A DNA stretch of 64,000 nt from Acidobacteriota bacterium (GTDB lineage: Bacteria; Acidobacteriota; Aminicenantia; JBFLYD01): contig JBFLYD010000009.1 in the NCBI GenBank assembly GCA_040756905.1, positions 4,854 through 68,853 on the forward strand, written 5' to 3'. Shown piece by piece: positions 17,294-26,741 of this stretch. Under the pieces are notes generated by a model. That model did not search any database. It had not been told where the DNA came from and saw only the letters and a program-made list of their open reading frames with translations. Numbering within the stretch: position 1 is the first letter of the stretch; the number at the start of each line of letters is the position of its first letter. The translations under genes and the position numbers were made by a program.

Positions 17294-18231
17294 CAGTTAA
17301 GCAGATCTTGAAGTGTCTGTTCAAATGGAATTTCTGGTTTCCATTTTGTTTTTTCTCTAAATTTTGTGCTATCCCCAATAAGAAGCATGACATCCGAAGG
17401 TCTTAATCTTTCCTCGTCCAGCTTAATTTCAATTTTTTTATTTGTGTATCTCAGAAGTATATTAAGCACCTCTTTTATTGAATAGGCCTTGCCAGAACTT
17501 ATGTTATAGACCTCTCCTTCATCTCCCTTTTCTAATGAAAGCCAGTAGGCTTTTACTGTGTCTCTTACATCAGTAAAATCTCTCCTTGCATCAAGATTTC
17601 CAGTGAATATTACAGGGTCTCTTTCTCCTCTTTCTATTTCAGCTATCTGTTTTGAAAAATTTGAAGTTACAAAAACTAAACCTCTACGAGGACCTGTGTG
17701 ATTGAATGCCCTGGTTCTTACTGTTCTTAACCTATAACTCTTAAAGTACTGATATGCGAGTAAATCCTGGGAAACTTTGCTAACTGCATAGGGACTCAGA
17801 GGTCTGAGAGGATTTGTTTCTTTTATCGGAATTTCTTCTTCATAAACTAATCCGTACTCTTCGCTGGAGCCTGCAATGTGAATTTTAGGATCCAATTTTA
17901 AATCTAAAATTGCTTCAAAGAGATTTATCTCGCCTATTACATTTATTGCGAATGTTTCTGCTGGTAATTTCCATGATGCTGGAACAAAGCTCTGGGCTGC
18001 TAAATGGAATATCCAGTCTGGTTTAACATTTTTCAGTACATGTTTAATGGAAGAGAGATCCTTCAAATCACCTTCAATTAGATTGATTTTATTTAAGATT
18101 CCCCTGATGTTATCTAAAGAACTCCTCCATCTTCCCAATCCCCATATTTCAACTCCAGGCTGATTGTTTAGCACATACTCTGCCAAATGACTTCCTACAA
18201 ACCCTGTGATGCCAGTAATTAGAATTCTCAT
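17275..18231 (-). CDS. GDP-mannose 4,6-dehydratase/Rmd-like NDP-sugar dehydratase or reductase (extended SDR).
   Basis: ILITGITGFVGSHLAEYVL, PYAVSKVSQDLL and FNHTGPRRGLVFVTSNFSKQIAEIE, resembling the Gmd/Rmd NHxxPRRG...FVTRKI signature. Confidence 0.7.
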   Translation of the reverse strand: MRILITGITGFVGSHLAEYVLNNQPGVEIWGLGRWRSSLDNIRGILNKINLIEGDLKDLSSIKHVLKNVKPDWIFHLAAQSFVPASWKLPAETFAINVIGEINLFEAILDLKLDPKIHIAGSSEEYGLVYEEEIPIKETNPLRPLSPYAVSKVSQDLLAYQYFKSYRLRTVRTRAFNHTGPRRGLVFVTSNFSKQIAEIERGERDPVIFTGNLDARRDFTDVRDTVKAYWLSLEKGDEGEVYNISSGKAYSIKEVLNILLRYTNKKIEIKLDEERLRPSDVMLLIGDSTKFREKTKWKPEIPFEQTLQDLLNWWRERI

Positions 18232-19271
18232 TTCACCTCCTCATAATAGCTTTTATAAAACTTCTTGAATTCATCAGACTCTTCTTTTATTTTTCTCCAC
18301 CAGGAAACGTTTTCTCTATACCACTTGATTGTCAGCTTTAATCCCTCATTTATAGAAATTTCAGGCTGCCAGCCCAATTTTTTTATCTTCTCCCATTTCA
18401 AAGAGTATCTTTTGTCGTGTCCTGGTCTGTCCTTTACGAATTTTATTAGAGAGTCAGGTTTATTGAGCAACTCTAAAATCTTATTTGCTATATAAACGTT
18501 TGGAAATTCCTGAGATGCAGCAATGTTATAAACTTCTCCTATTTCTCCTTTTTTTATTATAAGGTCTATCGCTCCACAGCAATCTGATACATACAGCCAA
18601 TCCCTTATGTTTTGTCCATCTCCGTAAAGCGGGAGCTCCCTGTCTTCTAAAGCATTGGTTATAAACAATGGAATTAGTTTTTCCGGGAATTGATGGGGGC
18701 CATAATTATTACATGGTCTTAAAATTATAACTGGAAGGTTAAAAGTTTTAAAGTAAGAATATGCCAACCTGTCACCTCCTGCCTTACTTGCTGAATAAGG
18801 AGATGAAGGCATTAAAGGGTCATCTTCGGAGAATGAACCATTTTCAATGCTTCCATACACTTCATCGGTTGATACATGGATGAATAATTTATCTTTAAAC
18901 TTTTTTAATTCATCCAGAAGGGTGAAAGTTCCAAGGACATCTGTAAGTATAAATTCTTCAGGGAAAAGTATCGATCTATCCACATGGGTTTCAGCAGCAA
19001 AATTTACTATGACATCAGATTCAGTCAATAATTTTCTTATTAATTCACGGTCTCTTATATCACCCTTGTAGAATTTGTATCTTTCATCGTTTTCAATTTC
19101 TTTCAGATTTTCTAAATTTCCTGCATAAGTTAATTTATCTATATTTAAAATCTTAATGTCAGGGTATTTTTTTAAAAGATGTTTTATAAAATTTGAGCCA
19201 ATGAATCCAGCTCCTCCTGTAATGAGAAATTTTTTACCCATCCTTTCTGCTCCAATCATATGGAATATCAT
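18228..19271 (-). CDS. rfbB: dTDP-glucose 4,6-dehydratase (RmlB).
   Basis: KFLITGGAGFIGSNFIKHLL, the STDEVYG region and PYSASKAGGD. Confidence 0.85.
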   Translation of the reverse strand: MIFHMIGAERMGKKFLITGGAGFIGSNFIKHLLKKYPDIKILNIDKLTYAGNLENLKEIENDERYKFYKGDIRDRELIRKLLTESDVIVNFAAETHVDRSILFPEEFILTDVLGTFTLLDELKKFKDKLFIHVSTDEVYGSIENGSFSEDDPLMPSSPYSASKAGGDRLAYSYFKTFNLPVIILRPCNNYGPHQFPEKLIPLFITNALEDRELPLYGDGQNIRDWLYVSDCCGAIDLIIKKGEIGEVYNIAASQEFPNVYIANKILELLNKPDSLIKFVKDRPGHDKRYSLKWEKIKKLGWQPEISINEGLKLTIKWYRENVSWWRKIKEESDEFKKFYKSYYEEVK

Positions 19272-19689
19272 TCTTATGGGGGTCTATCCTTATTTCATCA
19301 GGATTATCGTATTTGTAAGGCTCTGTGGGAATGTTCATTACAATTGCTTCCTCCTCTCCGATACATTTCCATCCATGGAAAACATTGGGTGGAATCTGAA
19401 CAAGTTGGGGGTTATAATTTCCAAGAAAAAACTCGTTTAATTCATTGAACGTGGGAGAGTTTTTTCTGCTGTCATAGAGAACCAGTTTTATCATTCCATA
19501 TAAACAAACAATGTTGTCGAACTGTTCTTCATGAAGATGCCATGCTTTTACAACTCCTGGATAAGTAGTTGATACATATACCTGCCCAAATTTTTTGAAT
19601 AATTTTTCATCACATCTGAGTATTTCCATAAGCCTTCCTCTCTCATCAGGGATTACCCTTAAATTCTTTATCTCAACTCCTTGTATCAT
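19234..19689 (-). CDS. rfbC: dTDP-4-dehydrorhamnose 3,5-epimerase-like cupin (RmlC family, short form).
   Basis: 151 aa with DERGRLMEI...KAWHLH...VPPNVFHGW, the cupin core of the RmlC family. Confidence 0.7.
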   Translation of the reverse strand: MIQGVEIKNLRVIPDERGRLMEILRCDEKLFKKFGQVYVSTTYPGVVKAWHLHEEQFDNIVCLYGMIKLVLYDSRKNSPTFNELNEFFLGNYNPQLVQIPPNVFHGWKCIGEEEAIVMNIPTEPYKYDNPDEIRIDPHKNDIPYDWSRKDG

Positions 19690-19697
19690 CTTCCCTC

Positions 19698-20762
19698 CTA
19701 TTTAATTCCGATTTCAGAATTTTCTCCGATCATAAATCTATATGCTTCTGGCTTTTTCAAATCTTTTTTTATTTTGGAAAATCTCCCGATGAGGCTTTCT
19801 TCAATTTTGCTCTTTATGCCATCGATTATACTTCCCTCCAAGACAATGCTATTTTCTATCTCGGTATCTTTTATGTATGAATTTTTTTCTATCGAGGTAA
19901 AAGGACCTATGTAGGAATTAATTATTTTGCATCTTTCACCGATTATTGCAGGACCCCTTATTACACTTTCTTTCAGTTCTACATCTTTTTCAATTTGCAC
20001 TCTTCCTTCTATTTTTGACTGATTTTCTATTTGAATTTCTATTTTACTTTCGATTGTCTCCAAAATAAGTCTGTTAGCTTCGAGTATATCCTCAAGTTTG
20101 CCCGTATCTTTCCACCATCCGCTAACAAGATGCGATTTTACGTTATACCCATTATCTATTAAATACTGAATTGCATCGGTAATTTCTAGTTCATTTCTCC
20201 ATGAAGGTTTTAGTGATTTAACAGCTTTGAAAATGTTTTCATCGAAAATATATACACCAACAAGGGCTAAATTTGATGGAGGAGTTTTAGGTTTTTCTAT
20301 AAGTCTTATGACTTTCTCTCCATCCAGCTCAGCCACTCCAAATTGTTCTGGATTAGGAACAGGACATAATAGTATGAGGGAATTTGGCTTTTCTTTTAAA
20401 AATTCTTCATAAAAAGATTTTATTCCACTCTTTAAAATGTTGTCCCCCAAATACATGATGAATGGCTCATTCTTTAAAAAACTCTCAGAAATCAATACAG
20501 CATGGGCAAGTCCCAATGGTTCTGGCTGATCAATGTATGTAACCTTAACATTCCATCTGGAACCATCTCCAAGAGCTTCGACTATATCCTTTTTTGTTTC
20601 TCCGACTATTATTCCGATTTCTTTTATTCCAACTTCTGAAAGAGCTTCCAAACCGTAGAAAAGAACAGGCTTGTTGGCAACTGGAACCAATTGTTTTGCC
20701 TGGCTGTAAGTTAAAGGTCTTAACCTTGTTCCCTTTCCCCCACTTAAAATCAATCCTTTCAT
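19698..20762 (-). CDS. rfbA: Glucose-1-phosphate thymidylyltransferase-like NDP-sugar pyrophosphorylase (RmlA, long form with a C-terminal left-handed beta-helix).
   Basis: MKGLILSGGKGTRLRPLT...AKQL nucleotidyltransferase motif. The C-terminal hexapeptide-repeat region gives 354 aa. Confidence 0.8.
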   Translation of the reverse strand: MKGLILSGGKGTRLRPLTYSQAKQLVPVANKPVLFYGLEALSEVGIKEIGIIVGETKKDIVEALGDGSRWNVKVTYIDQPEPLGLAHAVLISESFLKNEPFIMYLGDNILKSGIKSFYEEFLKEKPNSLILLCPVPNPEQFGVAELDGEKVIRLIEKPKTPPSNLALVGVYIFDENIFKAVKSLKPSWRNELEITDAIQYLIDNGYNVKSHLVSGWWKDTGKLEDILEANRLILETIESKIEIQIENQSKIEGRVQIEKDVELKESVIRGPAIIGERCKIINSYIGPFTSIEKNSYIKDTEIENSIVLEGSIIDGIKSKIEESLIGRFSKIKKDLKKPEAYRFMIGENSEIGIK

Positions 20763-22925
20763 TTAAAACCCCCTTCCACCGAGTAAATCCTGAGCTAAGC
20801 CCAGATTTGCTAATCCTATGTTAAACCTTATTTGGTGTTCTTTCCTGTTGATATATCTCGTCAAATCTATACGTAAATATTGAAATGAGAAATTGAGGCA
20901 CTGGTAATCAAAGCCGAATTTTATCGATGTGAACTGCCTTATTTTTAAGACAAAATCATAATCCACCTCACCGGTAAAATCAATTGGTGTATAGGGTATT
21001 TTTAAATGGGTGTAAATTCTCAGCTGGTTATAATATCTTTCAGATTTTGTTTCAGTTATTATATTGGAGATAGACCAGGAGATGTTCAAATCTGCATTCT
21101 TAGAAGGAGAATTAAACCCGACCCCAAGACTGACATCTTTAAATCTTCTGAGATAATCATAGTTTATTCTGAAATGGGCATTATAGTGTTGAGTTGGAGA
21201 GAATCTTAAATAAGAACCCCAGTTAGGTTTTAAGGGTTTTTTAGTTTTCATGTTTAAATATCTATATTGGTAAAGAGAAAACGAAAATATTTCGACGGGT
21301 GTCAATTGTTCTCCTCCGAGATTGCGCTTTGCCAAAATTCTATTTGTTAGCATGAACGATATTTGGTTTGGAATTGAATAATGAAAATAATACCAGTAAT
21401 ACCATGATTCACTGAAATCCACCTCTGGCACTCTATATATGATTTTTGACATCTCTTCGAACTGGAAAGTTTTATTATAAACAATTCTTGGTTCTATGAT
21501 GTGTTTAAATTTGGGCGAAAAGGAAAAATTCGGAGTGTTAAAGATTCTGTTGAAAATTGGCCCAACCACTTCAATACTAAATTGAGGCATTTTTATGTGG
21601 ATTGGATCATCGCTGAGTATCATCTTCCCTTTTTCTATTCTGTAACTTTTGAAATAAATTGAATTACTCATGTTAAACTCGGGAGAGACCGATAACCAGG
21701 GAAAAGGTGATAAGGGAAGGGAAAATGATGGATTAAAAATAAAACGATTTAAAAGCAGAGGTTGTCCACCAGGAATTTTTCTTTTTAACCTTCCGAATGA
21801 TGAATTTAAAGAGAAATAAAGGGGAAGAGAAAATACTCTTGATTTTGTTTTATAAAATTGAAACTCAGGTAATCTATAACCTGCGAAGGAATAATCCGAG
21901 CCTAAGAAAAAAGTTTCAGACCTGTCAGCTCTTAGATAAAAACTATAATTCTTATATGTTTTTGAAAGATAAAATATAGAGTTTAGAGTTCCTATTGTGA
22001 TGAGATTAAAATTGTTTTCAAAATTCTGAAGAAAATTAACTGTACTCTGGTAATTAACACTCGCTCTTGCATATATATCCCAGAATAATCTATGCCTTGC
22101 ATCTCCTATTATCAAATAATCACTCTGTCTGTTTAAGATCTGGTCTTTTTTGTAGAAAAAATTGTAGAGTTTAATGTTTCCGTAATTCCCATGGTTCAAA
22201 ACCCATCTTATCTCCGCTCCTTGTCCGTTCCCTTTCTTTGAATAGATATCGTAATTAAAAGTTATATCAGCGCTTCTCCCAAGGGCTAAGAAGAAAGATT
22301 GGTTTAGAATAGTTCCTTTAATGCTTGAATGTCCAATTTGAGGGATCAAGAATCCTGACTTGCGACCTTCTTTTGGGAGAGGATACCGGATATAGGGGAT
22401 GTAAAATACAGGAATTCCTTTTAACCAGAAAGTTGCATTCCACATATCCACATAATTTTCTCTTTTAATTTTTCCTCCAGAAGTGGAAATCTTCCATCGA
22501 GGGTTGGGTTGCAAACAGGAGGTGAAAGATGCCTTTTTAAACAGATAGACATCTTCATCTGTTTTTTTTGAATGCTTTGCTAAAAAGAAAAGACCTGGTT
22601 CAACGATGCCAAATGTATTCCACATTTCACCTCGTTCATTCTCCAGATTCATAACAATCTTTTCAGCTGAAATACTTTGATTTGTTAATTCTAAAACTAC
22701 ATTTCCTTCTGCTTTAAGGATAATATTTTTACTGTCGAACTCAATTCGGTCTGCAAAAATTTTTACATCTCTGAAAGCAATTTCCACATCTCCCCAGGCG
22801 ATATAGGTATCTTTTATTCTTTCATGGTTTTTCGCAATTATTTTTGGGAATTCGCTCACTGGAAATTCTTCCTGAGAGAAAAGGTTAAATGAAATCAATA
22901 AGATGAGAAAAATTTTATATTTCAT
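20763..22925 (-). CDS. lptD: LPS-assembly outer-membrane protein LptD (OstA family).
   Basis: Signal peptide, an N-terminal OstA-like beta-jellyroll (FADRIEFDSKNIILKAEGNVVL) and a large C-terminal beta-barrel region. 720 aa. Confidence 0.7.
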   Translation of the reverse strand: MKYKIFLILLISFNLFSQEEFPVSEFPKIIAKNHERIKDTYIAWGDVEIAFRDVKIFADRIEFDSKNIILKAEGNVVLELTNQSISAEKIVMNLENERGEMWNTFGIVEPGLFFLAKHSKKTDEDVYLFKKASFTSCLQPNPRWKISTSGGKIKRENYVDMWNATFWLKGIPVFYIPYIRYPLPKEGRKSGFLIPQIGHSSIKGTILNQSFFLALGRSADITFNYDIYSKKGNGQGAEIRWVLNHGNYGNIKLYNFFYKKDQILNRQSDYLIIGDARHRLFWDIYARASVNYQSTVNFLQNFENNFNLITIGTLNSIFYLSKTYKNYSFYLRADRSETFFLGSDYSFAGYRLPEFQFYKTKSRVFSLPLYFSLNSSFGRLKRKIPGGQPLLLNRFIFNPSFSLPLSPFPWLSVSPEFNMSNSIYFKSYRIEKGKMILSDDPIHIKMPQFSIEVVGPIFNRIFNTPNFSFSPKFKHIIEPRIVYNKTFQFEEMSKIIYRVPEVDFSESWYYWYYFHYSIPNQISFMLTNRILAKRNLGGEQLTPVEIFSFSLYQYRYLNMKTKKPLKPNWGSYLRFSPTQHYNAHFRINYDYLRRFKDVSLGVGFNSPSKNADLNISWSISNIITETKSERYYNQLRIYTHLKIPYTPIDFTGEVDYDFVLKIRQFTSIKFGFDYQCLNFSFQYLRIDLTRYINRKEHQIRFNIGLANLGLAQDLLGGRGF

Positions 22926-23000
22926 ACTTTAGAAAATCTAACACAAAAAATTTAGGTTATCAAGGAATCAGACTCTTTTCCTCTCTTTTTCTATCTAATT

Positions 23001-23061
23001 CTATGAGCAGAAAGGGTGGCGAGAAACCGAAGGTTCCTGAAAACCGTCACGAATGCGGAGC
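23001..23061 (-). repeat. Right-end fragment of repeat family R1 in inverted orientation.
   Basis: The reverse complement gctccgcattcgtgacggttttc[aggaaccttcggtt]tctcgccaccctttctgctca matches 41745-41797 and 42826-42867. Confidence 0.6.
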
Positions 23062-23070
23062 CCTATTTTG

Positions 23071-23829
23071 TTAAATACGTGATCTATCTTTTAATTCTGA
23101 AATTGTTATAGATCCATTTATTGTTGATAACTTTATAGGGATTCCTCCATCACCTAATGTAGCCCTCAGTTTTCTTGAATGGAAATAAAAGTCTTTCAAG
23201 GTTATTGAGAGATCTGATGAGATTTTTCCATTTATTGTATTTACTTCCAATTCGCCATCTATATTTAATGGGATGGATAAATCTATGCTTCCATTGACAG
23301 TATTAATATCTACATAATTTTTTATATAATTTAGAGATGCATCAATCGAACCATTTACAGTATTTGCTTTAAGGCTTCCACCGCAGTTTACAATCGATAT
23401 TCTTCCATTAACAGTGGCTGTTTCTATATCACCCTGGAGATTTTCTAAATGAATTTCCCCATTTACATTTTTTATACTCTTTAGGTCAAATTTTTGTGGA
23501 ACTTTTACTGAATAATCAACCCATGCTCTATCTCCATCTAAGAATAAAAATTTTTTTCTATATTCGGTTTTAATCTTTAGCAAATCTCCATCCACTTCCA
23601 TCACAACTTCTACTCTTTCAAGAGCTTCATGGTTCCATTTTGTTTTTTTTACAGCTAAGACTTCAATTTTATTTTTTTCCCAGGATTGGATAGAAATTTC
23701 TCCATTGACATTACTTAGCCTCATCCTGCTTATCTCAGGATAGTCAAAGGATTTTTTTATCTCCTGTTTAACTTCTGGATAAACAAAAAGGGGAAATATA
23801 GAAAATATTAAAATAAAAACCTTTCTCAT
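23071..23829 (-). CDS. Secreted DUF4097-like (putative adhesin, beta-helical repeat) protein.
   Basis: Signal peptide and repeated VNG(E/S)I..., TVNGSIDLS and TINGKISS beta-strand repeats. Confidence 0.55.
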   Translation of the reverse strand: MRKVFILIFSIFPLFVYPEVKQEIKKSFDYPEISRMRLSNVNGEISIQSWEKNKIEVLAVKKTKWNHEALERVEVVMEVDGDLLKIKTEYRKKFLFLDGDRAWVDYSVKVPQKFDLKSIKNVNGEIHLENLQGDIETATVNGRISIVNCGGSLKANTVNGSIDASLNYIKNYVDINTVNGSIDLSIPLNIDGELEVNTINGKISSDLSITLKDFYFHSRKLRATLGDGGIPIKLSTINGSITISELKDRSRI

Positions 23830-23889
23830 TTATTCCTCCTTAATTGTTAACGAAAATTTTTTTTTAAATGTTCCAAAAAAGAGCCTTAT

Positions 23890-24531
23890 TCAGAGGTAAA
23901 TTTCAAAATTAACTTTTACAGTATGCCAGCATGCTATATTTCTTTCTATTTCCTTTTTCCATTTCCATAAAATTTTCTTTTCAATTTTTTTAAAAGATAA
24001 TATTTCATCTCTTCTGACATCAAGACAATTTTTACCTTCAATTAGATGATCGGAATAATTTATTGAGGGTTTGATAAATTCATATCCATAGAATTGAATA
24101 GGAGGAATGGATTTGATCTGAGGAATCCGAGCTCCCGATTTTGAAAGAAAGCATATTTTAAAAATAAAAAAGAGTTTTTCATCCCTGGGTAGAATTATCC
24201 CCTCTTCAATTAATGGTGTTATTTCCTCTGAGACATCATTGATTTTTTCCCCTTTTTTTTGAGTAACTTTCCATGAAATTAATCTTTCTCCCATTTTACT
24301 ATTTTCTTCTTTGTGCCCCACCAATGAAAAATCTCCATTATCCTTTACCATCCATCCATTCCAGATCATATGGAGATAGTAATTTCCTGATTCAACAATA
24401 GAATTTTCATAGATTTTCCATTCTCCTTTGCATTCCATTTCTAAAGTCAAGTTCCATGTTGGTTCGTCTTTAACCTGTCCTGAGATAATAAAAAATTTTA
24501 AAAAAAGTATTAATAGAAGATTATCAAGCAT
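23890..24531 (-). CDS. Hypothetical secreted protein.
   Basis: 213-aa ORF with an N-terminal hydrophobic leader. No family recognised. Confidence 0.45.
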   Translation of the reverse strand: MLDNLLLILFLKFFIISGQVKDEPTWNLTLEMECKGEWKIYENSIVESGNYYLHMIWNGWMVKDNGDFSLVGHKEENSKMGERLISWKVTQKKGEKINDVSEEITPLIEEGIILPRDEKLFFIFKICFLSKSGARIPQIKSIPPIQFYGYEFIKPSINYSDHLIEGKNCLDVRRDEILSFKKIEKKILWKWKKEIERNIACWHTVKVNFEIYL

Positions 24532-24532
24532 C

Positions 24533-25633
24533 TTATTCCATAATCTGTATGAATATTTCCACAGTTTTAGGACAGAATTGAATTCTTGAATATTCTTTAA
24601 GAATATTTAGGGCAACTTTTTTTGAAAATGCCTTTCTATAAGGTCTATCTGTAGTAAGAGCATCAAAGGTATCAGCAACTGAAATTATTCTTGCCAGAAC
24701 TGGAATTTCTTCTTCTTTTAATCCTGATGGATATCCACTCCCATTATACCATTCATGGTGATGTTTTATTCCAATTACTGCATCTTCCAATCCTTTTATT
24801 TTTTCTAATATTTCAGCTCCGAATTGGGAATGTTTTTTTATAAACTCAAATTCTCCTTTGGTAAGCTTTCCTTTTTTTGTAAGAATTCTATCAGGGATAC
24901 CAATTTTCCCCACATCATGGAGGATTGATGCAATTCTTAAATTTTCATTTTCTTTTTTGGATAAATTCATTTTTTCAGAAATTTTAAGGGAATAATCAAG
25001 AACACGTTTTGTGTGTCCTCCAGTATACGGATCTCTCTTTTCTATAGCTGTTGCCAGAGCGAAAGAAGTTTGGATGAAGATATCTTTAATTTTTTGGTAA
25101 AGCCTTGCATTTTCAAGGGCTATTGAAATAGGTGAAGCTAAACCCATTATCTTTTCTTCATCGGAATGGGTAAAATTTTCACCACCTTTTTTATTAAGCA
25201 GTTGAAGAACTCCTATTAATTTTTCCTTAGCTATAAGGGGGACTGTGAGGATTGACTTCGTTATGAAATGGGATTCTCTGTCAAAATATTTATTCCATCT
25301 AAGATCTTTCTTTACATCCTCAACTATAAGAGGTTTTTTTGTGGAAGCAACCCATCCTGCTATTCCCTGTCCCATTTTTAACCTTTTTTTCTTGATTTTT
25401 TCTGCTTTTTCTCCTCTGACCATTCTAAAAAATAATTCATTTTCTTCCTCATCCAGTTCCCATATAGAGCTTGTCTCTGCATTCAGGGTTTTCTCTGCTA
25501 TCTCCATTGCTTTTTCAAGAACATCTTCAATTTCCAGCGATTTACCAAGAAGTTGAGCTGCGTTCAATAGATTTTTTAGTACTCTGTTTTCTTTTTCTAA
25601 TATCTTAAAAGAATTTTCCATTTCTCTAATCAT
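24533..25633 (-). CDS. GAF domain plus HD-GYP domain protein (putative c-di-GMP phosphodiesterase).
   Basis: HDVGKIGIPDRIL and HHEWYNGSGYP (HD...GYP) in the C-terminal half. The N-terminal GAF-like region is predicted from its position only; it is roughly 150 aa long. Confidence 0.8.
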   Translation of the reverse strand: MIREMENSFKILEKENRVLKNLLNAAQLLGKSLEIEDVLEKAMEIAEKTLNAETSSIWELDEEENELFFRMVRGEKAEKIKKKRLKMGQGIAGWVASTKKPLIVEDVKKDLRWNKYFDRESHFITKSILTVPLIAKEKLIGVLQLLNKKGGENFTHSDEEKIMGLASPISIALENARLYQKIKDIFIQTSFALATAIEKRDPYTGGHTKRVLDYSLKISEKMNLSKKENENLRIASILHDVGKIGIPDRILTKKGKLTKGEFEFIKKHSQFGAEILEKIKGLEDAVIGIKHHHEWYNGSGYPSGLKEEEIPVLARIISVADTFDALTTDRPYRKAFSKKVALNILKEYSRIQFCPKTVEIFIQIME

Positions 25634-26271
25634 TTAAAATACTCGTCAGCTTCTCTATCAAGAAGAACCATTTTTTCCTCTAATTCTTTTCTCAGTTCTT
25701 CTATTTGGGAGTCATTCAAATTATCTGGAACTTTAAATCTCTCTCCATAAAAAATTGCACATTTGTTAAAGGGTGAAAATATCAAATGTTTATCCCATCC
25801 CTTTAAGATTTTTTTTATTTTGCAGGAAAATGTTAATGGAATAATCGAAGAGCCTGTTTGCTTTGCTAAGTAAAGGGCTCCTGGTTTAAGTTTCCTCCCT
25901 GGACCTCGTGGGCCATCTGGAATTATAGCAATGATATTTTGAAATACTTTATCTTTCATCGCTTTAAAAGCTTCAATTCCCCCTCTTGAACTCGATCCTC
26001 TTATAGGAATATATCCAAATCTTTTTAAAACCACTGCAGCCAGATCTCCATCTTTACTGAGGCTAACAAGAGGCATTATGCTTTGTTTTCTGTGGACATA
26101 AATAGGAAGGATTATCCTTCCATGCCATAACAAAAGAATAACTTTTTCTCCACTTCTTTTTAAGTTTTCAAAATTCTCTCTTCTCACAAATTTTATTTTT
26201 GAAGTTTTTGAGATAAAAATAATGATAAAAAAAATCAACTCTTTCAGAATGAAAAGAAACAATTTCCTCAT
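25630..26271 (-). CDS. DUF374/lysophospholipid-acyltransferase-like protein.
   Basis: 213 aa with an N-terminal TM. LLWHGRIILP...SLSKDGDLAA...RGSSSRGG resembles the DUF374 family. Low certainty. Confidence 0.45.
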   Translation of the reverse strand: MRKLFLFILKELIFFIIIFISKTSKIKFVRRENFENLKRSGEKVILLLWHGRIILPIYVHRKQSIMPLVSLSKDGDLAAVVLKRFGYIPIRGSSSRGGIEAFKAMKDKVFQNIIAIIPDGPRGPGRKLKPGALYLAKQTGSSIIPLTFSCKIKKILKGWDKHLIFSPFNKCAIFYGERFKVPDNLNDSQIEELRKELEEKMVLLDREADEYFK

Positions 26272-26315
26272 TAATATAAATTTTCTATGATTTCCCCTTT
26301 TATTGTCAATTAATT

Positions 26316-26741
26316 CTAATCAGTAATTTTTATTCTTCCTGTAATAGCAAGGGTTATTTTTATCTGACCTGCTTTGTTGCTGAGAATTATGGTGCACATA
26401 CTGGTAATTTTTGCATCAGGATGGAAGACAGGGTTGTTGTTGGATTTTATGCTTACATTCTCTGTATGGTAAATTCTTCCATCGATTTCCCAGGTCTTTT
26501 TCTCGTTTATATATTTTTCAAGATAGTATGAATTATGTTGAAAGTTTATTCTGTATTTTGTCCCTGAAAAAATTGCCTTGCATTTTGCCAGGTTTAAGCT
26601 CATGGAGATTTGAGAAGAAGTAAACTTTAGCTGTTTTAAAGGAATCCAGGTTGAATAAACAGGAACTACTATAATAAGAGTTAACATAAAAATAGAAAGA
26701 GTAATGATTATTTCCAGAAGGTTGAAGCCCCTTTCTTTCAT
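26316..26741 (-). CDS. Prepilin-type N-terminal cleavage/methylation domain protein (pseudopilin).
   Basis: MKERGFNLLEIIITLSIFML: G|F-x-L-x-E class III signal followed by a hydrophobic helix. Confidence 0.6.
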   Translation of the reverse strand: MKERGFNLLEIIITLSIFMLTLIIVVPVYSTWIPLKQLKFTSSQISMSLNLAKCKAIFSGTKYRINFQHNSYYLEKYINEKKTWEIDGRIYHTENVSIKSNNNPVFHPDAKITSMCTIILSNKAGQIKITLAITGRIKITD

